Shown: positions 28,001 through 37,865 of the stretch, in pieces
How the letters are laid out: each line of letters opens with the position of its first letter
Numbering within the stretch: the stretch's first letter is position 1
DNA from: a bacterium
GTDB lineage: Bacteria > Krumholzibacteriota > Krumholzibacteriia > G020349025
Reading direction: 5' to 3'
DNA length: 64,000 nucleotides
Assembly (NCBI GenBank): GCA_031362565.1
Contig: JANLSU010000054.1
Location: forward strand, 1 to 64,000
Made by a program: the position numbers and the translations under genes
Notes under the pieces: model-generated
What the model was told of the DNA's origin: nothing
Databases searched by the model: none
What the model saw: only the letters and a program-made list of their open reading frames with translations

Positions 28001-30124
28001 CTACTTCTTGCGCGCGTCGGCGGCCATTTCGCCGAGCGCGCGCTCTGTCGCGACCAAGAGCGCGTCCGGCCCCACCGGGGCGCCGGTTGCATTCGTCATC
28101 CACAGGTCGGGCACGACGCTGCCGCAGCGCGCCATGCGTTCGAACTCGGGGCCGATGGCGCCCGCCTTGCGCATCTGCTCTTCGACTTGGAACGCGATGA
28201 GATGTCCGATCGGATAGTCGGGCAAATACATCGTGTACGAAATCATGTGCGAGTAAATGGCGAGCAGCGTCACGTCCTTCTTCTTGAAGACCGGCGCATA
28301 GAAGCGGTTCCAGGTGTTGCGGGCGATCTGCAGGGTCGCTTCCTTGAGCTGCGCCGGCGTCGCATCCGGGTGGTCGTACATCCAGTGCCACACGTCCATG
28401 TCGACCAGTGCCACGCCGGCAATCTCGTACGTGCCCCAGAAATCGTTCAGGGTTTTCAGCGCTTCGCTGCGCGGCGACGGCGTCGCCAGGCCCAACAGTT
28501 CCAGGTCGTGGCCCTGGAAGACGAAGGCGAGCGCTTCGGTGAAGGCGTTGTTCGGCACGCCGTTCAGCAACCAGTGGTCGATCGTGTTGAGCGAGAAGGT
28601 CTGTTCGACATTGTGGCCCATCTCGTGGACTGCGATGTTGTAACCCTTGTAGTCCATGCCATCCTTGCCGACCCGGGTGCGCAGGTGTGCCGGCGCTTGC
28701 CGCATCTGCGCGCCCAACGCGTGGCCGGAGCCGCGGGCCGGATCCACGACGATATTGTCGGCCAGGAAATGCGCCCGCTCGGTCGAGAAGCCCAGCTTTT
28801 GCAGCATGTTGGGAATGTCGGCCTTGTAGGCTTCCGGGGTCGGATAGCGTTTCCGGCAAATGGCGTCGAGTTCGCCTTCCGTGTACTTACCGCGCTCCTT
28901 GAATCCGTTGTACCAGATATCGAACGGCTCCAGCTTGCGGCCGAGCCGCTTCTCGATGAGCTTGGCCACCTGGGGCACGTGCGGCGAAGTCAGCACCTGT
29001 TCGAGCATCGACCGCACGCGCGTTTCCGGGATTTCACGATTTTCGTCGAAGCGGCGCGCGATCAGGGTCGGCGCTGTGGGTGAGTACGGGTCGACCTTGC
29101 GCTCGGCGAGAAAGTTGTCGAGCAACCGCGCGTAGCGCGTGTCGGGCTCCGGCGCATTGGAAACGCTCAAGTCGCCGGGCGCCGGGGCATCCGCGTCTTG
29201 CACGGCGGCGCGCCGGACAGCGTTGGTGTACGGGTTCCAATCCAAATACGGGCTGTCGATGACGGCGGCCGGGATCGTCTGCGTGACGATGCGGTCCATG
29301 ACTTGCTGCATCAAACGCTGTTTGGGAAGCGCTGCCTTGCCTTCGGAATAGTCGGCTTTGATCTGGTCGCGCAGGTTCCAGTGCGAGAGCAGGCGCATCT
29401 TGGGCGGAAACAGCCGCTTGCCGCTGCGATCCAGCACATGGTGCATCCAAATGTTGTAACCGGAAATGTATTGCTCCCCGATCGACGACGCGCGCGATAC
29501 TTCCTGGTTGACGTCTGCGGGGACGCGGCGCGCGAAAGAGTGCGCCAGGCGCGTTTCGGCCCACTGGAGGCGCGTCCAGGCCGGCCCCTGGGTGACGCGT
29601 TCATCGAGCGTCGTCAGCGGAAAATTGAGCAGCACGACGAGCGCCAGCTTGTTGCCGAAGAAATCGTCGCTCAAGTGCGCGCCGGGGTCGTAGGCGGCGA
29701 AGATCTCGTCGAACGGCAGAATCGGGCCAATGTCCAAGTCGGATTGCGAGCGGCATTCGCGGCCGATTTCCTGCAGATGGCCGTTCAATTGCTCGAGCAA
29801 ATGCTCGAAGCGGTCGAACATCGCGGTGTGTGTGGCCGGGTCACCGGCGTAGTTCGTGCGCACGAAGTCTTCGAAGACGGAGGCATCGCCGTCGGTGGCC
29901 CGCCAGTAGTTGCCGGTTTGATCGATGCCCTTCTCGATCCGCGCCCTCTGTCCGCTGCCGTATTTCGTTGCGAGTTCGTCGGCCAGCTTGGCGCGACTCG
30001 TCCCGAACCAGTCCGGGCGCACGGCATCGGCATGCACACGGCACGCTCCTGCAAGAGTGGTGAGAGCGAAGATGAGAACGACGGTTCCGAGCCTGCATGA
30101 CGCAGGCAGCGTCAGTGTTTTCAT
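28001..30124 (-). CDS. Secreted HEXXH protein, gluzincin/M3-like metallopeptidase candidate
   Basis: Signal peptide; VHEMGH followed ~25 aa later by NAFTEALA; late HMISYTMYLPDY. Confidence 0.75.
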   Translation of the reverse strand: MKTLTLPASCRLGTVVLIFALTTLAGACRVHADAVRPDWFGTSRAKLADELATKYGSGQRARIEKGIDQTGNYWRATDGDASVFEDFVRTNYAGDPATHTAMFDRFEHLLEQLNGHLQEIGRECRSQSDLDIGPILPFDEIFAAYDPGAHLSDDFFGNKLALVVLLNFPLTTLDERVTQGPAWTRLQWAETRLAHSFARRVPADVNQEVSRASSIGEQYISGYNIWMHHVLDRSGKRLFPPKMRLLSHWNLRDQIKADYSEGKAALPKQRLMQQVMDRIVTQTIPAAVIDSPYLDWNPYTNAVRRAAVQDADAPAPGDLSVSNAPEPDTRYARLLDNFLAERKVDPYSPTAPTLIARRFDENREIPETRVRSMLEQVLTSPHVPQVAKLIEKRLGRKLEPFDIWYNGFKERGKYTEGELDAICRKRYPTPEAYKADIPNMLQKLGFSTERAHFLADNIVVDPARGSGHALGAQMRQAPAHLRTRVGKDGMDYKGYNIAVHEMGHNVEQTFSLNTIDHWLLNGVPNNAFTEALAFVFQGHDLELLGLATPSPRSEALKTLNDFWGTYEIAGVALVDMDVWHWMYDHPDATPAQLKEATLQIARNTWNRFYAPVFKKKDVTLLAIYSHMISYTMYLPDYPIGHLIAFQVEEQMRKAGAIGPEFERMARCGSVVPDLWMTNATGAPVGPDALLVATERALGEMAADARKK

Positions 30125-30131
30125 GCCGGGC

Positions 30132-30160
30132 AGACTACCGAGACCCGGGCGGAGGTGCAA
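30132..30160 (-). promoter_or_regulatory. sigma70 promoter giving a leaderless mRNA for the HEXXH gene
   Basis: TTGCAC-17 nt-TAGTCT-7 nt-ATG (30124); no SD sequence. Confidence 0.6.
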
Positions 30161-30167
30161 GTAAGTT

Positions 30168-30188
30168 ACGCGCGCCGAAGGCGCGCGT
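30168..30188 (-). terminator. GC hairpin after the LamG gene (probable terminator)
   Basis: ACGCGCGCC-TTC-GGCGCGCGT, a 9-bp perfect stem followed by AACTTACTT on the minus strand; the U-tract is weak. Confidence 0.5.
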
Positions 30189-30215
30189 CGGTGCGGGGTG
30201 GCGGGGCCAGGCGCC

Positions 30216-33200
30216 CTACCGCACCATCACCGCCTTCGTATGCACGACCTTCCCATCCGCCGCCAGCCGCACCATATAAACCCCGCTCGCAAGCGGCGTC
30301 GCCCCCGGCGGCGTCACCGGCACCCGATGCACCCCGGCCGGCAAGGAACCCCGGAACAACGTCGCCACGTGCCGCCCCAGCACGTCGTAAATCGCCACGT
30401 CCACCGGCCCCGCATGGTCGAGCCGGAAACTTACGACCGCACTCGGATTGAACGGATTCGGCGCGAGCCGCAGCGCCGGTCCAGGCACGAGCGGCGGGCC
30501 GTCGGACCCGGCATCGGTGGGGACCTCAATCGTCTCATCCAGCGGGTTCGAGGCCGCGCCTTCGACGCTCGCCGAATTGCGCGCCTTGACGGTGTAGCGA
30601 TAGGTATCCCCCACAAGGATCGTCCAGTCCTGGATGCTGAACTGGGTCGCGGGTACCGTGTTGAGGAGGGTGTTGGCGCCGGCGGGCAACAGCTGGCGGT
30701 ACACGCGGTAGTCATTCGGCAAACCGGTGGGCGGCAAGGCCCAGGACAACGTGCCGATCGGCTTTTTCGGCCCGCCATGCAGCAGGTCCGGCGGCGTGAA
30801 GGAACCGGTGTAGCGGACGCCGTTCGTGATCCGCACCAGATCGATGTCGCCGCTCAGTGGATCCGAGATGGCGCCGCCGCCACTGCTCGAACCACGCGCC
30901 CCAAAGCGCACCGGCTCTGGCCCCGTGTAGGGCGTGCCGGCCGTCGACGCCGACACCGATTGCACGCCGTCCACGAAGACGCGGCTCTGAGCCGCCGCGG
31001 CATCGTAGACGCACGCCACATGGTGCCACACATTGTCGGTGATCGCCGCCGTGGACGTCGCCTTGCGCGTCTGGCCCCCGATGTCGCGCCACGAGAATTC
31101 GATCGTGCCGTTGGTGTTGAGGAGCGCCAAGTAGTTGCGCTTCGCCGATCCTTCGTCCTTGGCGATGATGCTTTGCAGGACGCCGAGTGTCCCGCGCTTC
31201 ACCCATGCCTCGATGGTGAAGGAGCCGGTGAAACGCAGTTCCGGGCTGTCAGGCACCTGCACATAGTCGTTGGAGCCGTCGAAATGCAGCGCTTTGCCGC
31301 TGACGCCGTAAACGCGGGTCGGTTCGGCGTTGTCGCCGGCCGTAACCGAACCCAAGTAGGCGTTGTGACCAAGGCCGGTGGCATCGGCCGTCGTCGGGCC
31401 GCTCGCCTCGTCCATCTCCCACGCCGGGGCCGCATCGGCCGGCACGATCATGGTGCTCCACCCGAGGGCCTGCGGCGCACTCGGCACCGCGGGCGGCGTG
31501 TTTTCGAACGGCGACGGCACACTCCACGCATACAGCCCGGGCTGCAACAAGCCATCGACCGCTTGCACGCCGTACTCCACCATGCCATCGGGCGCCGTCA
31601 GATCCGCGTACCAGGGAGTCGGCGGCAAGGCGGTGTTCAGGACCGTCGTCGCGCCGCCATTGACCTTGCGTTCAACGCCGTAGCCATTGATGCCCGCCGG
31701 GCTCACCGGCGGTGTCCACGCCACCAGCATGTACTTGGTGCTGGCCGCCGGATACAAGAGCGGCGGGATGAAGTTACTGCTGTACAGCGCCGAATTCGTG
31801 ATCGCCAGATTGTCGAGACTGCCGGTGAATTGCTTGTCGATCAAACCGTGATTCAGCAAGCCGCCGACCTGCAACTGGAACGATCCGCCGTAGGTCGCAG
31901 TCCCCAGCGATTTGGATGCGACTTGTTGGCCGTCGACGTAGATCCGCCCCTTGCCCGCCGACTTGTCCCACACCGCCGCCAGGTGATGCCACAACCCATC
32001 GCGCAGCGATTTGTTGGCGTTGACGGAAGTCGAACTGGTGTCGCTGTTCGACCAGCTGAATTCGATGTTGGGGTCCGCGATCAAGAGCCGGAATGTCCAG
32101 TGCAACGTGTCACCGCGCGTCGCGATCATCATCGAGCCGGCGGCGTTCGTCAGGTCCTCTTTGAGCCAGGTCTCGATCGTGTAGCTCGTGTTGGTGTAAG
32201 CGAAGGAGCTGCCGCTCGCGGTGACGATGTCGTCGCCGTCGAAATACAAGCCGTTGCCGACCAACCCGGCGCCCCAATGCGGTGCCGCGATACCGGCGCC
32301 GAAGGTCCCGGTGTGATTGTGTCCGGTCGCGTCCGTGACGCTGGTTCCCGTCGTCGCGTCCATCCTCCACAGCATGACGCGCGACTGTACGCCTTCGGTC
32401 ACCGATTGCGCGCTCGGATCCGTAGGCGCCGGCGGTGGCGGCGGGAACCCGGCGCTCGGCGGTGTCCCACCGATGTTCGAGACCGGCCCCCAGCCGTGCC
32501 AGTACGCCTTGCTGTTGAGTGGGGCATCACAGAGCACCGCCAACGAACCGGCGGGCAGGAGGTCCTTCGTGCCACTGATGTTGTTCATGGAGAGGTTGTT
32601 GGCGCTGATGAACACCGTCGGCAGCGTGAAGAGCAAGTTGTCGAGATCCGCCTCGCGTTCCTCGATGGCGTGATTGCCCGTGCTGACGCACGTTCCCCAC
32701 CGGGTGTAGAACACATAGAGTTTGTTGACCGATTCGTCGATTTGAAGAAGCGGGCGCGTACCGCAGTCGAGCCCGCTGGCGGTCGTCGTCACCGTCCAGG
32801 TCGCGTCGACGTTGCGCCTTGCGACATACACCCCATCGAAGAAATCCTTGCCGGCGATGAAAACCCGGCCCTGTGAATCGGCCTTCATGTTGAGGTGGTC
32901 GTCGACGTTGCCGAAGCCCGAGCGCACGACCTCCGCCGGCTGCCAGGTGCCGGGCGAATCACTGTCGTTGCGCCAGCGGAATGCCACTTGGTTGCCGACT
33001 TGGTCCGACCACAGGACGCCGATCTTGTTACCGCCGAAGGCGACGATGGTCGAAATGTCATCGGGATCGACGGTGCCGGAGAGCGCCAGCGCACTCGACC
33101 AGCTCTTGTGATCGGCGGTCGTGGTGTACAGGACTTGCGCGCGGTTGTTGCCTTCGTACGTCGCGAAGATTCGCCCGGTCGAATCCTTGGCGATGACGAT

Positions 33201-33668
33201 GGTCTCGGTCCCGGGCAGCGACGGAATGTTGACCGGAAAACCCGACAGGAGCGCAAAATTGTCGGTGCCGGCGTTGTACGAGAACTTGTAGAGCTTGGGC
33301 GTGGCGGCGTCCCACGTTGCAATGAACAGATTCGTTCCATCCCACAGCACGTCATTCGTGCCGCCCTCGTCGAAGGGCACGATCGCGTTCACGACATCGA
33401 GCTTTTTGGTCCAGGTCGCCGCACTGAGCTTGTAGATGGAGAGCTTGGTCAGGTTGTTGACGCACGCCCACCACGAGTCGTTCAGCACAAAGAGCTTGGA
33501 CTGCGGTTTGTCGCTCGTTCCCTTCGAGTCGAACAACAAGCTGCCTTGGGCGTGCGCTGCACGCGGCAACGTGGCAACCCCAAAGGCCAGCATCAGGGCC
33601 GGGAACGCGGCGCGCAGAAAAGCGCCGAAAGCACGGCGAAAGCGAGCTCGAACAGCAATGGATGACAT
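30216..33668 (-). CDS. Secreted protein: unknown N-terminal beta-rich domain, two LamG/ConA-like domains, FN3 and FlgD/T9SS-like C-terminal domain
   Basis: Signal ending AHA-Q; two copies of FDG.D...TIE.W...WHH.A.V...(I/V)(Y/F)VDG; PNPFNP...SGVYMVRL; ATG 33668 with GGAG RBS. Confidence 0.88.
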   Translation of the reverse strand: MSSIAVRARFRRAFGAFLRAAFPALMLAFGVATLPRAAHAQGSLLFDSKGTSDKPQSKLFVLNDSWWACVNNLTKLSIYKLSAATWTKKLDVVNAIVPFDEGGTNDVLWDGTNLFIATWDAATPKLYKFSYNAGTDNFALLSGFPVNIPSLPGTETIVIAKDSTGRIFATYEGNNRAQVLYTTTADHKSWSSALALSGTVDPDDISTIVAFGGNKIGVLWSDQVGNQVAFRWRNDSDSPGTWQPAEVVRSGFGNVDDHLNMKADSQGRVFIAGKDFFDGVYVARRNVDATWTVTTTASGLDCGTRPLLQIDESVNKLYVFYTRWGTCVSTGNHAIEEREADLDNLLFTLPTVFISANNLSMNNISGTKDLLPAGSLAVLCDAPLNSKAYWHGWGPVSNIGGTPPSAGFPPPPPAPTDPSAQSVTEGVQSRVMLWRMDATTGTSVTDATGHNHTGTFGAGIAAPHWGAGLVGNGLYFDGDDIVTASGSSFAYTNTSYTIETWLKEDLTNAAGSMMIATRGDTLHWTFRLLIADPNIEFSWSNSDTSSTSVNANKSLRDGLWHHLAAVWDKSAGKGRIYVDGQQVASKSLGTATYGGSFQLQVGGLLNHGLIDKQFTGSLDNLAITNSALYSSNFIPPLLYPAASTKYMLVAWTPPVSPAGINGYGVERKVNGGATTVLNTALPPTPWYADLTAPDGMVEYGVQAVDGLLQPGLYAWSVPSPFENTPPAVPSAPQALGWSTMIVPADAAPAWEMDEASGPTTADATGLGHNAYLGSVTAGDNAEPTRVYGVSGKALHFDGSNDYVQVPDSPELRFTGSFTIEAWVKRGTLGVLQSIIAKDEGSAKRNYLALLNTNGTIEFSWRDIGGQTRKATSTAAITDNVWHHVACVYDAAAAQSRVFVDGVQSVSASTAGTPYTGPEPVRFGARGSSSGGGAISDPLSGDIDLVRITNGVRYTGSFTPPDLLHGGPKKPIGTLSWALPPTGLPNDYRVYRQLLPAGANTLLNTVPATQFSIQDWTILVGDTYRYTVKARNSASVEGAASNPLDETIEVPTDAGSDGPPLVPGPALRLAPNPFNPSAVVSFRLDHAGPVDVAIYDVLGRHVATLFRGSLPAGVHRVPVTPPGATPLASGVYMVRLAADGKVVHTKAVMVR

Positions 33669-33826
33669 GGAGTGATGCTCCGACGTGCTTGGGTTCCAGG
33701 GGGGCTGGACGCTTAGTGTAACGAATCGAAACCCCTGGGCGCTATGAAGAACGACGCGAGAATCCACGCCCGGAGCGGAGTTCCGGGCATTGTGCCGAAT
33801 GCCCCAATTGCCGGCCCCGGGGGATT

Positions 33827-35254
<1,428 letters not shown>

Positions 35255-35496
35255 TGCACCCCTCCAGACCCATTGGGAAGGCCCTACGGCGGCGATTTCG
35301 TTCGAGACACTAGCGCGGATCGACGTGCGCAGCCAGAAGATGGGTGAATTTCGCGCGCCCGCCGGGCGGTGCCTGGAAGCGGCGCGGGAGCGCGGCGGGT
35401 AGCGCACCGGGCGGGGCCGAGCGCCGGGACCAAGCGGGGACAAGTGCCCGGCGCCGCGGGGCTCGACGCCGGGCATACGAAACATTAACTCCGGGT

Positions 35497-35512
35497 GGGC
35501 AGGACGTTTGCT
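35497..35512 (+). promoter_or_regulatory. Candidate sigma54 promoter of the amine-catabolism operon
   Basis: GGGCAGG-ACGT-TTGCT with GG-N10-GC spacing, ~100 nt before ATG 35611, preceded by an AT-rich patch (ATACGAAACATTAA). Confidence 0.55.
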
Positions 35513-35610
35513 GTTTGATGGGGGCGCCCTTGGGCCCTCAAACGGGCTCCGGCGTGGGGTCCGGGGGCAAATGGGCAAACGGGGGCCCGACCTTACGGGC
35601 GAACGGAAGG

Positions 35611-37845
35611 ATGCCGTTGAAAGAGTTCTCCGCGGCGCTCGAGCGCGCCCAGGAATTTCTGCGTGCAGTCCACGAGATGAACGCGCGCTACCGTGCGGGC
35701 GAAGTGCGCGTGCACGTGCCCGCGGCGCTGCTCGATCACGCCCGGCCGCTCGACGATCTGGTCGCCGAGTCCTTGCCGGCGTCCAACGCCGCACTCGCCG
35801 CCGCGTCGCAGAGCCTCTTCTATTCGCTGCCGGTCGCTTTCGACCCCTCGGCCTCCATTGGCCCGTACCTGGCGACCGTGGATCGCGACGCGACCGGCGC
35901 CCCCTACCGCTTCCTCGACATGGGAGCGCTCATCGCAACGCACGCCTTCGGCGAGAATGACCCGGCCATCGTCGCGGCTGTCCTCGCGCAGTTGCCCTAT
36001 GTGGTCGCGCGCTATGCCCATTCGGAATATCAGACCGTGCTGTCGCTGCGCATGAAAGCGGCGCTTGGGCGCATCGCGCCGGCCGGCACACCGCGGCATT
36101 TCGTCGTCAATACCGGCGCCGAAGCGGTCGAAAACGCCATCAAGTCGGTGCTCCTGAATCGCGTTCGCACGGCCGGCGAGGGGGATGGCGGCTTCATCAT
36201 TTCGTTCGATGGCGCTTTCCACGGCCGCACCCTCGGCAGCCTGGCGGTCACGCATCGCAAGAAAGCCCGCTTGGGTTTTCCGACCTTCGACTGGCCGCAT
36301 GCGCCGTTCCCCGCCGAAGAGCCCGGCGCACCGAAGGAGACACTGCGGCGCGAGGAGCGCAGCCTGTGGCGCATTTGGGAACTGCTGGTCTCCGGGCGGC
36401 TGCCGAACGCGGTCAAGAGCCGCGAGCAGTTCCGGCGTGAACTGGATGCGATCGATGCGTTTCTGGCAGCGCCCAGCGATGCCGCGGCATTCATCGCCGA
36501 GCAGCGCGCCGCACTCACCGCCGATGTCGTGCGCCGGGCGCGGCGCGTTGCGGCCGTACTCGTCGAGCCTATCCAGGGCGAAGGCGGCGTTCGTTCGACG
36601 ACCCCGCGCTTCATGCAACGCCTGCGTTTGCTGACCCGCATCTATGATGTGCCGCTGGTGTTCGACGAAGTGCAGACCGGCTGGGGTACGACGGGCCGGT
36701 TGTGGGCCCACGAACACTTCGAATTGCCGGTGCCGCCGGATGTGGTCATTTGGGCCAAGAAGGCGCAGAACGGCGTGCTCTTCGTGAGCGACGAACTGGC
36801 GACATTCTTCCAGGAAGAAAAGAAGTTCAACACGACCTGGGAAGGCGATTCGACCGGCATGGTGCGTCTCTTGGCACTCCTCGACAAGCTCGACCTCGAC
36901 GATGTGCGCCGCACGAGCGATCATGCGCGCGCCGGACTCGAAGCTTTGGCGCGTGAGTACAGCGGCTTCTTGAAGGGAGTACGCGGCGCCGGTGTCATGC
37001 TGGCCTTCGATGTCGTCCGCACCGACTGGCGCGATGCGTTGCGCGAGCGCGCTTTCCGGCGCGGCCTCATCTTGCTGCCGGCCGGCGAACGCACCCTGCG
37101 CTTCTATCCGCGCCACGACACCGAGCCGTCGGCAATCGACGAAGGCTTGGCCATCCTGCGCGCCGGTGTCGAAGACGTGCTGGGTGGGCGCGTGACGCTC
37201 TCGCCGAGCCCCGGGCCCAACATTCGCGTCGGCCAATTCGAGTGCCCCATCGAAGCAGTCGAGATCGTTGATGTGACGCCGGCCAATCTCGAAGCGTGGC
37301 AGGTGCAGATCGCGACCGTCGAACAGGAACGCTACGGCGACATCGCGGCTTACCCGCCCGGCGTCCTGCGCGACGGGCAGCGGCCGCTCCTGCAACTACC
37401 AATCGATGCGTTGGAATCGACGGTGATGAATCCGCAGTCGGTGGCTATTGCGGTGCGTGACCGGGTTTCGGACCGCGTCGTCGGGTACGCGCTCGGCAGC
37501 CCGCTCGAGAACTACGACGAGGAAGGGGTCGCGAGCGACCCGCACCAGGGCGAAGGCAATACGTTCTACCTGCATGCGATGGCGATTCTGCCGTCGGTCC
37601 AGAATCAAACCGAGATCGAGAATCTGCTGCTGGAAGGCATTCGCAGCCGCGTCCAGGCGGCGGGATTCGAGTACTTGTCGACGCTCATCGAAGAGCGCAT
37701 TTTTGCCGCCGGGCCGGCGTGGCTGCGCGAGGCACCAGTGCTGCTCGGCATCGACAGCTATCTGCAGAGCGGGCTGCGCTTCGTGTACGTGGCGGCGCCG
37801 GTGGAAGATCCGCTCGGGGCACCGGCCCCTGCCGCGGTTTCGTAA
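35611..37845 (+). CDS. Class III aminotransferase (L-lysine 6-transaminase-like) fused to a C-terminal GNAT-like domain
   Basis: NTGAEAVENAIK, AFHGRT, EPIQGEGG, FDEVQTG, WAKKAQ (PLP Lys), NTTWEG; extra ~200 aa with VVGYALG...FYLHAMAILP. Confidence 0.85.
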   Translation: MPLKEFSAALERAQEFLRAVHEMNARYRAGEVRVHVPAALLDHARPLDDLVAESLPASNAALAAASQSLFYSLPVAFDPSASIGPYLATVDRDATGAPYRFLDMGALIATHAFGENDPAIVAAVLAQLPYVVARYAHSEYQTVLSLRMKAALGRIAPAGTPRHFVVNTGAEAVENAIKSVLLNRVRTAGEGDGGFIISFDGAFHGRTLGSLAVTHRKKARLGFPTFDWPHAPFPAEEPGAPKETLRREERSLWRIWELLVSGRLPNAVKSREQFRRELDAIDAFLAAPSDAAAFIAEQRAALTADVVRRARRVAAVLVEPIQGEGGVRSTTPRFMQRLRLLTRIYDVPLVFDEVQTGWGTTGRLWAHEHFELPVPPDVVIWAKKAQNGVLFVSDELATFFQEEKKFNTTWEGDSTGMVRLLALLDKLDLDDVRRTSDHARAGLEALAREYSGFLKGVRGAGVMLAFDVVRTDWRDALRERAFRRGLILLPAGERTLRFYPRHDTEPSAIDEGLAILRAGVEDVLGGRVTLSPSPGPNIRVGQFECPIEAVEIVDVTPANLEAWQVQIATVEQERYGDIAAYPPGVLRDGQRPLLQLPIDALESTVMNPQSVAIAVRDRVSDRVVGYALGSPLENYDEEGVASDPHQGEGNTFYLHAMAILPSVQNQTEIENLLLEGIRSRVQAAGFEYLSTLIEERIFAAGPAWLREAPVLLGIDSYLQSGLRFVYVAAPVEDPLGAPAPAAVS

Positions 37846-37865
37846 CGCCCCAAGGGGAGGCAGCG

